This document shows, in pieces, positions 17,359 to 26,595 of a DNA stretch of 64,000 nt. Source of the DNA: an uncultured Gemmatimonadales bacterium (GTDB lineage: Bacteria; Gemmatimonadota; Gemmatimonadetes; Gemmatimonadales; GWC2-71-9); contig CAWHFW010000005.1 of NCBI GenBank assembly GCA_963828735.1, forward strand, positions 1,568,001-1,632,000. The letters are read 5' to 3'. Below the pieces are notes generated by a model. It saw only the letters and a program-made list of their open reading frames with translations. It had not been told where the DNA came from and made no database searches. The translations under genes and the position numbers were made by a program. Position 1 is the first letter of the stretch. Every line of letters starts with the position of its first letter.

Positions 17359-18855
17359 GTGGCAGGACTGGCCGCGCTCAAACTCGGCCTGCACCTCCTG
17401 GTCAACGCCGTCTCGCCATACGGCTTTCACCGGGACGAGCTCCTCTATCTGGCCATGGGCCGCCACCTGCGGCTCTGGCACATGGACTTCCCGCCCGCCA
17501 TCGCCCTCCTCGCCGAGGGCGTCCGCGCGGCGCTCGGTGATTCGCTGGTCGCGATCCGGCTGGTTCCGGCGCTCGCGGGCACCGGAGTGCTCGTGCTGGC
17601 CGCGCTCATTGCTCGCGAGCTGGGCGGGGGTCGCTGGGCACAGGGACTCGCCGCGCTTGGCGTGCTGGCCAGTCCGCTCTTTCTTCGCTCGGCGAATCTG
17701 TTCCAACCCGTGGTGCTCGATCAGCTCTCGTGGACCGTTGCGCTATACGCGCTGATCCGTCTCTGCCAGGCGGCCGCTCCTCGGTGGTGGGGGCTGCTCG
17801 GTCTGGCGCTCGGACTCGGCCTGCTCACGAAGTTCAGCGCGGCGTTCATCGGACTCGCGCTTCTCTTGGCCCTCTTCGTCACCTCCCGTCGCGCCTGGCT
17901 TCGAACGCCGTGGCCCTGGGCCGCCGCGCTTCTGGCGCTCGCTCTCGGGAGCCCGAGCATCATCGGTCAGGTCCGCCTCGGCTATCCCGTGCTCGGCCAG
18001 ATGGCCGACCTGCGCTCGACCCAGCTGGAGCGCGTCGACCTGGTCGAATTCTTCACCGGACAGCTGCTCTGGGGCCCGGCGACGCTGCTCGGCCTGGCAG
18101 GACTCACGGCGTTGCTCGCCTCCCGGGAGATGCGTCCCTTCCGCGTCGTCGGCTGGACCTGCGTCTGGGTCCTCGTCATCCTCGGCGCGCTGCACGGCAA
18201 GTCCTACTATGCCGGCCCGATCTATCCCACCCTGCTCGCCACCGGCGGGGTAGCGCTCGAGCGGATGCGCACCCCTCGATCGGCGGCGGTGCTCCGGTGG
18301 AGCATCGTCGTCGTACTGGTCGTTTTCATGGCGATCACGCTGCCGATCGGCCTGCCGATCCTGCCGCCCGAGCGAATGGCCGCCTATGCCCAGGCGATCG
18401 GCGCGACGTCCGCCCTCCGGACGAACACAGGACAGGTGGACCGGCTGCCGCAGGACTACGCCGACATGCTGGGTTGGGAGGCTCAGGTCCGCGCGGTCGC
18501 GGACGTCGTACGCACCCTTCCCGAGGCCGACCGGGTTCGCGCCGTTCTGGTGGCCGGGAACTACGGGGAGGCGGGCGCACTCGACTTCTTCGGTCCACGC
18601 GATGGCCTGCCGCCCGTCGTGAGTCCGACCGGCAGTTTCTGGTTCTTCGGGCCGGGCACCCGGACGGGAGAAGTAGTGGTGACGATCGGCATCGCGCGCG
18701 CCGATCTCCTGCCTCTGTTCGCCTCGGTCGAAGAAGCGGGCCGGGTGAGCAGCCCATGGAGCGTGGCCGAGGAACGGCAGCTCACGATCCTGATTGCTCG
18801 CGGACCCCGGCACACGTTACAGGAGATCTGGCCTTCACTGGCAGGAAGAAATTGA
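17359..18855 (+). CDS. GT-C glycosyltransferase (family 39/ArnT-like)
   Basis: YGFHRDELLYL, DFPP, multiple TM helices, GKSYY, NYGEAGAL. Confidence 0.85.
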   Translation: MAGLAALKLGLHLLVNAVSPYGFHRDELLYLAMGRHLRLWHMDFPPAIALLAEGVRAALGDSLVAIRLVPALAGTGVLVLAALIARELGGGRWAQGLAALGVLASPLFLRSANLFQPVVLDQLSWTVALYALIRLCQAAAPRWWGLLGLALGLGLLTKFSAAFIGLALLLALFVTSRRAWLRTPWPWAAALLALALGSPSIIGQVRLGYPVLGQMADLRSTQLERVDLVEFFTGQLLWGPATLLGLAGLTALLASREMRPFRVVGWTCVWVLVILGALHGKSYYAGPIYPTLLATGGVALERMRTPRSAAVLRWSIVVVLVVFMAITLPIGLPILPPERMAAYAQAIGATSALRTNTGQVDRLPQDYADMLGWEAQVRAVADVVRTLPEADRVRAVLVAGNYGEAGALDFFGPRDGLPPVVSPTGSFWFFGPGTRTGEVVVTIGIARADLLPLFASVEEAGRVSSPWSVAEERQLTILIARGPRHTLQEIWPSLAGRN

Positions 18856-18967
18856 GGGTCGCTCCGCCCTCGGTGCACAGAACGTGTTTCAGGATGGTTC
18901 GCACATTCCGCCGCGCTCTGGCGTCTCGGCGGGCAACTCCGCAAGTTGGAGATGGTTCGGAGAACTC

Positions 18968-19435
18968 ATGCGGCACCTCCTCCTCCTCTTCTTCGCAAGC
19001 GGTGCAGCCTGTGGCGGCTCGGCGCAGGCCGTCGCGCCGACGCACATCGCGCCCTGGCTTCGCGCCGACCGACAGCGGTGCCTCATCCCGCGCGACCTGG
19101 CAGAAGGAATGGAGGACATGGCTCGACGTTGCGCGGAGACGTTCGTCCGGGAGAACGGCTATACCGATCAGGCGGCTGACGATTCGACCCGGTGGGTACG
19201 GGAGCAGGACGATGCCGATGTATGGCCTCGGCTGCTCGCGACGCGCAGCGGCAGCCTCGAACCCGTGGCGAGTGCCGTCCAATGCAGCGTGCGCGAGTGC
19301 ATCGTGCTCTTCCGGGTCCGTCGCCCAATCCTGCAGTGCGCCTACCGCGCCGTCACGATGACCCAGGTGTTCACCCGGATTCATGTCGAGCCCGGCGGAA
19401 TCACCGACGTGCGTTGCCACGAACGTCAGGTGTAG
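18968..19435 (+). CDS. Secreted Cys-rich hypothetical (lipo)protein
   Basis: SD GGAGA; signal peptide ending GAAC; six more Cys. Confidence 0.65.
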   Translation: MRHLLLLFFASGAACGGSAQAVAPTHIAPWLRADRQRCLIPRDLAEGMEDMARRCAETFVRENGYTDQAADDSTRWVREQDDADVWPRLLATRSGSLEPVASAVQCSVRECIVLFRVRRPILQCAYRAVTMTQVFTRIHVEPGGITDVRCHERQV

Positions 19436-19473
19436 CGGCCCGGGCGGCGCGCCGCGAGGGATTGCGTGGAAAT

Positions 19474-19507
19474 CGAAGGGGGCATGCCGAAGCCGGCGTG
19501 CCCCTTC
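19474..19507. repeat. Hairpin family copy 2
   Basis: CGAAGGGGGCATGCCG-AAGC-CGGCGTGCCCCTTC. Confidence 0.75.
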
Positions 19508-19722
19508 ATCGTGTGCAGCTCCGCGGTGCGGCACAGTTCGAGGCCGTGCTCCGGGTCTCCATTCATTGCGGTGGTCGACGATGACCGGGCCGCGGTGCCC
19601 GCGCCCATCTCGTTATCCCTCTTCGCGAGCCGCTGCCGGGAAACCGGCGAGGGCCCATCCCCGTCAGGCCTGCGGCCAGCCTGTCCTTTTCACGCTGCCT
19701 TACCTCCTAGAGGATGCACTGC

Positions 19723-21129
19723 ATGTCACACACCGGAGATTCCGTCACCCGTCGGATCGGCCTGGTGCTTTGCCTGCTCACGACGCTAGCTCCTCTGCGC
19801 CTTTCTGCGCAGGAGCGGGTGGACACGGCCGAGTTTGCGGCCCGCCGCGCGCGACTCATGGCCGGGATCCCGGACGGCATCGCGGTGATTTTCGGGGCCG
19901 AAGAACACAGCTATCCGGTCCGGTTCCGCCAATCGCCCGACCTGTACTACCTCACGGGCCTCGAGGAGCCGGGGCTGGTCCTGGTGCTCAACGGCGTGAC
20001 CAAGCACGCGGCGGTGTTCGCGCTCAAGCGGCTGCACTTCGGGCCGCCTGATCCGACGCCGGCTCTGCGCGACATCTCCCAGCCCGCCGAGCGCTACGGG
20101 CTTCCCGTGCAGCCGATGGAGAGTTTCTTCACCATCCTTGGCTTCGCCTCGTGGAATCCCGCGGTGCAGAAGCTCTACGTGCAGCTCACTCCGCCGGACG
20201 ACCTGCTTCACTCGCGAGGTGAGGCCCGGGCGGCAAACGCGATCGAGATGGACCACCCGGTCCTCGGCCATGTACCGCTCGTGACGCAGGCGATCGACCG
20301 GCTGCATGCGGCCGTGCCTCATCTCGCGCTGGCGGACGTGAGCCCCAAGCTCGACGAGCTACGCTGGGTGAAGACACGATACGAGATCGAGCGCCTTCGG
20401 CAAGCGGGGCGCATCGGCGCCGCGGCCGTCGCGGAGGCAATCAAGGGAACGCACCCGGGCATGTACGAATACGAGATCGCCGCCGCGGCGCAGTACGTGA
20501 ACACGCGGATGGGCGCCCGCGGCGACGCGTTTCCACCGATCGTGCCCTCGGGGCCGCTCGCGCCGATTGTCCACTACATGGACAATACGCGTCAGATGCA
20601 GGCTGGCGAGCTGGTCTACATGGACTACGGCTCCGACTGGCAGTACTACAACTCGGATATCACGCGCACCTGGCCGGTGTCCGGACGGTTCAGCGCAGAG
20701 CAGGAGAAGATGTACCGGTGCGTGCTCGACGCCCGGAACGCGATCATCGCCGCAATGAAGCCGGGCGTGACGATCGCTTCGCTGCAGGACGTGGCCGCAG
20801 CCGTCTATGCGAAGCACGGCTACGCAAAGGAGTTCGAGGCCAGCGGGCGCTACATCGGCCACTTCGTCGGGATCGCGGTGCACGACGTGATCGACATCGT
20901 CGGCTCGGCGGCCCAGAAGCCGTTCGTCGCAGGGACGGTATTCAACGTCGAGCCGATTCTCGAGTTCCCCGATCGGAAGATCCACATCCGGCTCGAGGAC
21001 ACGGTGATCGTGACCGAAACCGGCGCCGAAAACGTGACGGCCGGCGTCCCGGCAGAGGTGGAGCCGCTCTATGGGCTCATTCGCCAGCGCGGCGTCACTT
21101 CCCTGACAGTGGGCGGCGTCGGGAAATGA
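19723..21129 (+). CDS. Xaa-Pro aminopeptidase (M24B) with signal peptide, second paralogue
   Basis: FRQSPDLYYLTG, MDYG..YNSDITRT, GHFVGIAVHD, NVEP, IRLED. Confidence 0.88.
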   Translation: MSHTGDSVTRRIGLVLCLLTTLAPLRLSAQERVDTAEFAARRARLMAGIPDGIAVIFGAEEHSYPVRFRQSPDLYYLTGLEEPGLVLVLNGVTKHAAVFALKRLHFGPPDPTPALRDISQPAERYGLPVQPMESFFTILGFASWNPAVQKLYVQLTPPDDLLHSRGEARAANAIEMDHPVLGHVPLVTQAIDRLHAAVPHLALADVSPKLDELRWVKTRYEIERLRQAGRIGAAAVAEAIKGTHPGMYEYEIAAAAQYVNTRMGARGDAFPPIVPSGPLAPIVHYMDNTRQMQAGELVYMDYGSDWQYYNSDITRTWPVSGRFSAEQEKMYRCVLDARNAIIAAMKPGVTIASLQDVAAAVYAKHGYAKEFEASGRYIGHFVGIAVHDVIDIVGSAAQKPFVAGTVFNVEPILEFPDRKIHIRLEDTVIVTETGAENVTAGVPAEVEPLYGLIRQRGVTSLTVGGVGK

Positions 21130-21258
21130 GGCGAGCGATTCCTCGGCAGCCGTCACCGGTTCGGCCACGGCGCCGCCGAGTCGGACGACAGAGCGTCCCA
21201 TCGAGACACGGCGTCCCGGCCAATGCGTCGTCGGAACTCGAGGCTCGTGCACGCTCGA

Positions 21259-21320
21259 AACGCCGGAACGCCGGAACGCCGGAACGCCGGAACGCCGGAA
21301 CGCCGGAACGCCGGAACGCC
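21259..21320. repeat. Perfect 8-bp tandem repeat (AACGCCGG) x7.75
   Basis: Directly visible, intergenic. Confidence 0.97.
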
Positions 21321-21494
21321 ACACAAGGTGATCCGGTGCGAAGGAGAGGTGGCTCCCGGAGCCGTACTGCCTGGCCGCGACCCCGGGAACCGGTACTGCG
21401 GGGTACTACTGTCCTGCAAGAATTTGGATGCAAGGCGAATGAAAAGGGTTGCGCGCCTCCCGCACCCGCCGAACAGTGAAGCTAGATTTGGGCC

Positions 21495-21722
21495 ATGCGC
21501 GAAGCCCGTCTTCGGCCCGAGTTCGCCCACCTCTATCCAGGACTGACGCCCGGACGCTGGGAGCCGGCCTCGCGGATCGCCGAGGCCGTGCTGGCCAACG
21601 TGCTGCTCCACGAGATGGCCGAAGCCCCTTTCGCCGGACGGTTGGACGAAGCCCATTTCGAGTTTCGCGGCGGCGCGGAGGCAGAGCGCGCGGCCCACAC
21701 CGACCGGCGATCGGACCCGTGA
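21495..21722 (+). CDS. Small hypothetical protein (EARLRPEF..YP..W..HFEFRGG)
   Basis: 75 aa; TAGATT 6 nt upstream of ATG; 4 nt before next gene. Confidence 0.7.
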   Translation: MREARLRPEFAHLYPGLTPGRWEPASRIAEAVLANVLLHEMAEAPFAGRLDEAHFEFRGGAEAERAAHTDRRSDP

Positions 21723-21726
21723 ACCC

Positions 21727-22257
21727 GTGATCGACCTCCGCTATCCCATCGGCCCGTTCGAGTACGACGGCCGAATGTCGGACTCGCGGCGCGCCGAATG
21801 CGTCGCGCACATCGCCGCCGCTCCGCGTCGGCTTCGAGCCGCGGTGACCGGTCTGGACGACACGCAGCTCGACACGCCGTATCGGCCCGGAGGCTGGACC
21901 GTGCGGCAGCTCGTCCATCACGTGCCGGACAGTCACATCAACGCGTATACCCGGGTGAGGCTGGCGCTCACCGAGGACACCCCGACCATCAAGCCGTACG
22001 AGGAGGCGCGCTGGGCCGAGCTGCCCGACGCGCGCGCCCTTCCGGTGGAGATCTCGCTTCGGCTGCTCGAGTCGCTGCACGCGCGCTGGGTGCCCCTGCT
22101 CGAAGGCGTGGGCGCCGCCGAGGGCGCGCGCGCGCTCCGGCACCCCGAGCACGGGCGCCTCATGACGGTGGACGAGCTGATCGCCCTCTACGCCTGGCAC
22201 GGAGACCATCACACGGCGCACGTCACCGGACTGCGCGAGCGAATGGGTTGGCGCTGA
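21727..22257 (+). CDS. YfiT/BstA-like DinB metal-dependent thiol transferase
   Basis: DLRYPIG, LDTPYRPGGWTVRQLVHHVPDSH, YAWHGDHHTAH. Confidence 0.9.
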   Translation: MIDLRYPIGPFEYDGRMSDSRRAECVAHIAAAPRRLRAAVTGLDDTQLDTPYRPGGWTVRQLVHHVPDSHINAYTRVRLALTEDTPTIKPYEEARWAELPDARALPVEISLRLLESLHARWVPLLEGVGAAEGARALRHPEHGRLMTVDELIALYAWHGDHHTAHVTGLRERMGWR

Positions 22258-22321
22258 GCGTATTATCAGCAGTATTTGGGGAAGCACGGATCGAGCTGCC
22301 ATCTGCCCTGAGGTTTTCCGC

Positions 22322-23839
22322 ATGACGTCTGGCCTCGTCGCCCAAGCGGCGCCGGAGCGCGTGAGCCCGCTGGAGCTGCCCCCGACCGAGTTCCGGCAGT
22401 TGGGACACGAGCTCGTCGATCGCATCGCCGACTTCCTGAGCACGCTGCGAGACCGCCCGGTCACCGCGGGAGAAACTCCGGCCACGATCCGTGCGCTGCT
22501 CGGCACGGGGCCGCTGCCGCGGGCCGGCGCCGCGCCAGCGGCGCTGCTCCCGGATGCCGCCGCTCTTCTCTTCGACCATTCGCTCTTCAACGGGCATCCG
22601 CGTTTCATGGGGTACATCACCTCATCGGCGGCACCGATCGGCATGCTGGCCGATCTGCTTGCCGCCGCCGTGAATCCCAACGTGGGTGGGTGGGAGCTGT
22701 CGCCCGTCGCGTCCGAGATCGAGGCGCAAACGGTGCGGTGGGTCGCGGAGCTGGTCGGGTATCCTACCGACTGCGGCGGCCTGCTGGTGAGCGGCGGCAA
22801 CATGGCCAACTTCGTCTGCTTCCTCGCCGGGCGGCGCGCCATGCTGGGCGAGAGCGCGCGCAGCAACGGCCTGGGCGCGAGCCCGCCGATTCGCGTGTAC
22901 GCGTCGGCCGGCACGCACACCTGGATCCAGAAAGCCGCTGACCTGTTCGGCCTGGGCACCGAGGCCATCCGCTGGATTCCCACCGACGCCGGCCAGCGGC
23001 TCCGAACCGACGTGCTCCGGGAATGCATCCGGGAGGACCTGGCGCGCGGCGACCGGCCGCTCATGGTGGTGGGCACCGCGGGTAGCGTCAGCACGGGGGC
23101 GGTGGATCCGATCCGCGAGCTGGCGGAGATCTGCCGCGACCACGGACTCTGGTTCCACGTGGACGGCGCGTATGGCGCGCCCGCGGCGGTCCTGCCCGAC
23201 GCACCGGACGATCTCCACGCGCTCGCACTGGCCGACTCGCTGGCCGTCGATCCGCACAAGTGGCTCTACGCTCCCCTCGAGGCGGGATGTGTGCTGGTGC
23301 GCGAGCCGCAGCGCCTGAGCGAGGCCTTCGGATACTCGCCCACCTACTACCGGTTCGACACCCAGGGCGACGAGCCGCCCATCAACTACTACGAGCTCGG
23401 GTTGCAGAACAGCCGCGGCTTCCGAGCGCTCAAAGTGTGGCTCGGGATGCGCCAGGCGGGGCGGGAGGGGTACGTACGAATGATCGGCGACGATTGCCGG
23501 CTGGCCGCCTCGCTTCACCGCCACGTGGCGGCCCACCCCGAGCTCGAGGCCGCGACGCTGGGCCTCAGCATCGCCACGTTCCGCTACGTGCCGCGCGACC
23601 TCCGCGGCGCGGGGGCGGCGGAGTCGTATCTCAACGCGCTGAACGAGGCGCTGCTCGCGCGGCTCAAGACGGGCGGCGAGCTCTTCGTCACCAACGCGGT
23701 GCTCGAGGGCCGCTTTCTGCTCCGTGCCTGCATCGTGAACTTCCGCACCACCGAAGCCGACGTGGCGGCGATCCCCGAGATCGTGGCCGCGGCCGGCCGC
23801 CGGGTGGACGCGGAGCTGCGCCCCGGGGGGACCGATTAG
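22322..23839 (+). CDS. Group II PLP-dependent amino-acid decarboxylase
   Basis: HPRFMGYI, SGGNMAN, WFHVDGAYG, DPHKWL, LRACIVNFRT. Confidence 0.92.
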   Translation: MTSGLVAQAAPERVSPLELPPTEFRQLGHELVDRIADFLSTLRDRPVTAGETPATIRALLGTGPLPRAGAAPAALLPDAAALLFDHSLFNGHPRFMGYITSSAAPIGMLADLLAAAVNPNVGGWELSPVASEIEAQTVRWVAELVGYPTDCGGLLVSGGNMANFVCFLAGRRAMLGESARSNGLGASPPIRVYASAGTHTWIQKAADLFGLGTEAIRWIPTDAGQRLRTDVLRECIREDLARGDRPLMVVGTAGSVSTGAVDPIRELAEICRDHGLWFHVDGAYGAPAAVLPDAPDDLHALALADSLAVDPHKWLYAPLEAGCVLVREPQRLSEAFGYSPTYYRFDTQGDEPPINYYELGLQNSRGFRALKVWLGMRQAGREGYVRMIGDDCRLAASLHRHVAAHPELEAATLGLSIATFRYVPRDLRGAGAAESYLNALNEALLARLKTGGELFVTNAVLEGRFLLRACIVNFRTTEADVAAIPEIVAAAGRRVDAELRPGGTD

Positions 23840-24194
23840 AACCGACGTCGTCTATCAGGCCGCGCTGCTGCTGATCTGCTCGAACGTGTTCATGACGTTC
23901 GCCTGGTACGCGCACCTGCAGAACCTCGCCGATCGTCCATGGTACATCGCCGCCATCGTGAGCTGGGGCATCGCGCTGTTCGAGTACCTGCTGCAGGTGC
24001 CCGCCAACCGCATCGGGTACACGGTGCTGTCGCTGGGACAGCTCAAGATCATGCAGGAAGCGATCACGCTGGTCGTATTCGTCCCCTTCGCCGTGCTCTA
24101 CATGCGCCAGCCGCTCAAGCTCGACTATCTCTGGGCCGCGCTCTGCATCATGGGAGCGGTGTACTTCGTGTTCCGCTCGCCCGCCACGCCGTGA
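23835..24194 (+). CDS. DMT-family small membrane protein (DUF486-like); start probably ATT 23835
   Basis: SNVFMTFAWYAHL, SWGIALFEYLLQVPANRIG, QLKIMQE; first TM helix begins before the first canonical start (23886). Confidence 0.85.
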   Translation: MRTDVVYQAALLLICSNVFMTFAWYAHLQNLADRPWYIAAIVSWGIALFEYLLQVPANRIGYTVLSLGQLKIMQEAITLVVFVPFAVLYMRQPLKLDYLWAALCIMGAVYFVFRSPATP

Positions 24195-25432
24195 GCGCCG
24201 CCCGCGCCGCGGCGATGCTCTCCCTCGTCCTGCTGGCGCGCGTGGCGGCCGCGCCGGTGCTCGAGGCCCAGCGGCCCGAGCGGGCGCGGGACCTGGGTAT
24301 CCCTCTCGACGGGACACCGGGACCGCTCGACGCCATCACCGACGTGCACGGCGTGACCGTGGGCCACGCCACGATCATTCGCGGGGAGGGGCGGCTCACG
24401 CCCGGACAGGGACCCGTGCGCACCGGCGTCACCGCGATCCTGCCGCGCGGGCGGGACGACATGTCACCCGTCTTCGCCGGCTGGTTCAACATGAACGGCA
24501 ACGGCGAGATGACCGGGACCGCGTGGATCGAGGACTACGGCCTGCTGTTCTATCCGATCGGCATCACGAATACCAACAGCGTCGGCGTGGTGCGCGATGC
24601 CCTCATCGAATGGGGGGCCACGCGCCTGCCGGACGCGCTCCATTGCTGCCTGCCGGTCGTGGCCGAGACGTGGGACGGAGATCTGAACGACATCTTCGGC
24701 TTCCACGTGACGAAACGCCACACATTCGACGCGATCGCGGCCGCGAAACCGGGGCCGGTCGCCGAGGGAGACGTTGGCGGTGGGACGGGCATGCAATGCC
24801 TGGGGTTCAAGGGCGGCATCGGCACGGCGAGCCGAAGGCTCTCCGAGAACGAAGGCGGATTCACCGTGGGAGCCCTGGTCCAGTGCAACTTCGGCGCGCG
24901 CAGCGAGCTTCGTATCGCCGGGATCCCGGTGGCGCGGGAGCTGCGAGTCGAGGAACCGTGCTACGACACCCGGGAGGCGCTGGACTCGACCCTGGCGCCC
25001 GACCGCTGCGCCGCCGCCGCCGGTGACAGCGGCGCCCGGCGCAGGGCCGAGCACAGCTCCATCATCGTGGTGCTCGCAACCGACGCGCCGCTCCTGCCGC
25101 ACCAGCTCAGGAGTCTCGCACGTCGCGCCGCGCTCGGCGTGGGACGGATGGGCGGGATCGCGGGGGCCGGCTCGGGCGATCTATTCATCGCCTTCTCCAC
25201 CGCGCCCACAGGCACGCCGGACCGGCGCGGCGTCTCGTCGGTGCAGATGCTAGGCGACCAGGCGATCGACCCGGTGTACCAGGGCGCGGTGGAGGCCACC
25301 GAGGAGGCGATCATCAACGCGATGTTGGCCGCGCGGACGATGACGGGAGCCAACTGGTACCGTGTGCCAGCCCTGCCGCACGACGGGCTCCGGGAGGTGT
25401 TGCGGCGACATGGAAGGCTGCTCGAGAAATAG
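24191..25432 (+). CDS. DmpA/P1 (S58) aminopeptidase with signal peptide
   Basis: RARDLGI, AITDV, VRTGVTAILP, NGNGEMTG, PVVAETWDG, FKGGIGTASR, ATEEAIINAM. Confidence 0.9.
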   Translation: MSAARAAAMLSLVLLARVAAAPVLEAQRPERARDLGIPLDGTPGPLDAITDVHGVTVGHATIIRGEGRLTPGQGPVRTGVTAILPRGRDDMSPVFAGWFNMNGNGEMTGTAWIEDYGLLFYPIGITNTNSVGVVRDALIEWGATRLPDALHCCLPVVAETWDGDLNDIFGFHVTKRHTFDAIAAAKPGPVAEGDVGGGTGMQCLGFKGGIGTASRRLSENEGGFTVGALVQCNFGARSELRIAGIPVARELRVEEPCYDTREALDSTLAPDRCAAAAGDSGARRRAEHSSIIVVLATDAPLLPHQLRSLARRAALGVGRMGGIAGAGSGDLFIAFSTAPTGTPDRRGVSSVQMLGDQAIDPVYQGAVEATEEAIINAMLAARTMTGANWYRVPALPHDGLREVLRRHGRLLEK

Positions 25433-25545
25433 GCGGGCGGCGACGCATGCGCCGCGCGGCAGTCCGAACGCCGTCCGAGCCAGGGCGTCATCTCGACCGA
25501 ACCGATCGCGCCGAAGCGCTCGTCGTCTCACCCTCGCCGCCCCCG

Positions 25546-26469
25546 TCAGTTCCTGTCTGTGCGTCCTCTCGTCCCCGCCTCCCAGCTGCCCGCCGCGAGA
25601 GGATGGAACGTCCGCCAGATCTCGCGATAGGGCTCCATCATCAACGCCACGAACCGGTCCAGCGCGACCGGAAACGGAAACCGGCGCCGGAACTCGAGGG
25701 CCGTGAGGCCAAGCATGGCGCGCAGGTGGCGGCCGAAGCTCTGGGGCGAGCTGTATTCGAGCCGGTAGGCCACGTCGGCCACCGACAGCCCCGCGGTCTC
25801 GAACAGGAAGGCGGCGTGAATCAGCCGGATAGCCGCCAGGTAGTTCTTGGGGGACGGCAGCCCTGCCCGCGCGAAGCGGGACATCAGCGTGCTGGGCCGC
25901 ACCGAGAGCTGCTGCGCCAGCGCGGTGACGGTGGGGACATCGGGGGCAAGTCGGATCATGGCCTCGAGAAAGAGACGCGCGTCCGTCGGGGCGTCCGGGA
26001 GCGCGTCGAGGATGGGCTGCTGAATCCGGGCCACCGCCCGGGTGGCCGGCTGGCCCACCACCTGGCGCAGCCGGCTCCAACCGGCGGGCGAAGTGACGTC
26101 CACGACCTGCCGGACGCCAGAGGCGCCGAGGCGCAGGAGCATCTCGATCGCGCCCGGATCGTGCTGCGAGACCAGCGCGACGGTAGGGATCGAGGGGAAC
26201 TCCCGGACCAGGTGACCCAGCACCTCCATCTGATCGGGCCCACAGCGGTGCACGCTGACGAGGACGGCGTCTACGGGGCGTTCCCGAACCGCTCGGACCG
26301 CGTCAGGGATGGAGTCCCGATGGAGCACGGCGAACAGCCCGCTGCCCGCCGCGTCCACCCGGGGACGCTCGCCGGGCATGAGCACGGCGGCCACGGTGGT
26401 GGAGCTAGGATCGGCGACGTAGACCACACACCCCTCCGGCAGGTTGGTGCAAGAGGATAGATCTGACAC
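25546..26469 (-). CDS. AraC-family regulator with receiver-like N-terminal domain
   Basis: C-terminal double HTH (SVADVAYRLEYSSPQSFGRHLR); start uncertain. Confidence 0.8.
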   Translation of the reverse strand: MSDLSSCTNLPEGCVVYVADPSSTTVAAVLMPGERPRVDAAGSGLFAVLHRDSIPDAVRAVRERPVDAVLVSVHRCGPDQMEVLGHLVREFPSIPTVALVSQHDPGAIEMLLRLGASGVRQVVDVTSPAGWSRLRQVVGQPATRAVARIQQPILDALPDAPTDARLFLEAMIRLAPDVPTVTALAQQLSVRPSTLMSRFARAGLPSPKNYLAAIRLIHAAFLFETAGLSVADVAYRLEYSSPQSFGRHLRAMLGLTALEFRRRFPFPVALDRFVALMMEPYREIWRTFHPLAAGSWEAGTRGRTDRN

Positions 26470-26595
26470 GTCAACCTGGATTCAACCCGAAACATCTCCG
26501 TTCCGCGCGGCGAGCAACCCTTTACTCGGGTGATGCATCAAACGGGGGCCTCGCCTGGGTATATTGACGATTCCGCTCCCTTCGCTGGCTGGGCC

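Noticed and set aside
19610..19690. Possible ZTP or second c-di-GMP riboswitch
   Set aside because: Only a GAAA-capped hairpin; conserved cores not found.
21259..21320. Repeat array as CRISPR
   Set aside because: Contiguous 8-mers with no spacers, and no cas genes.
21480..21495. Sigma-54-like TGGCCC-AAATC-TAGCT on minus strand
   Set aside because: Better explained as the complement of the TAGATT -10 box and ATG of the plus-strand gene; no clear downstream target.
23151..23166. parS-like GGTTCCACGTGGACGG (also GGTTCACGTG near 7468)
   Set aside because: Encodes the conserved WFHVDG motif and the outer palindrome arms do not match; the second is too degenerate.
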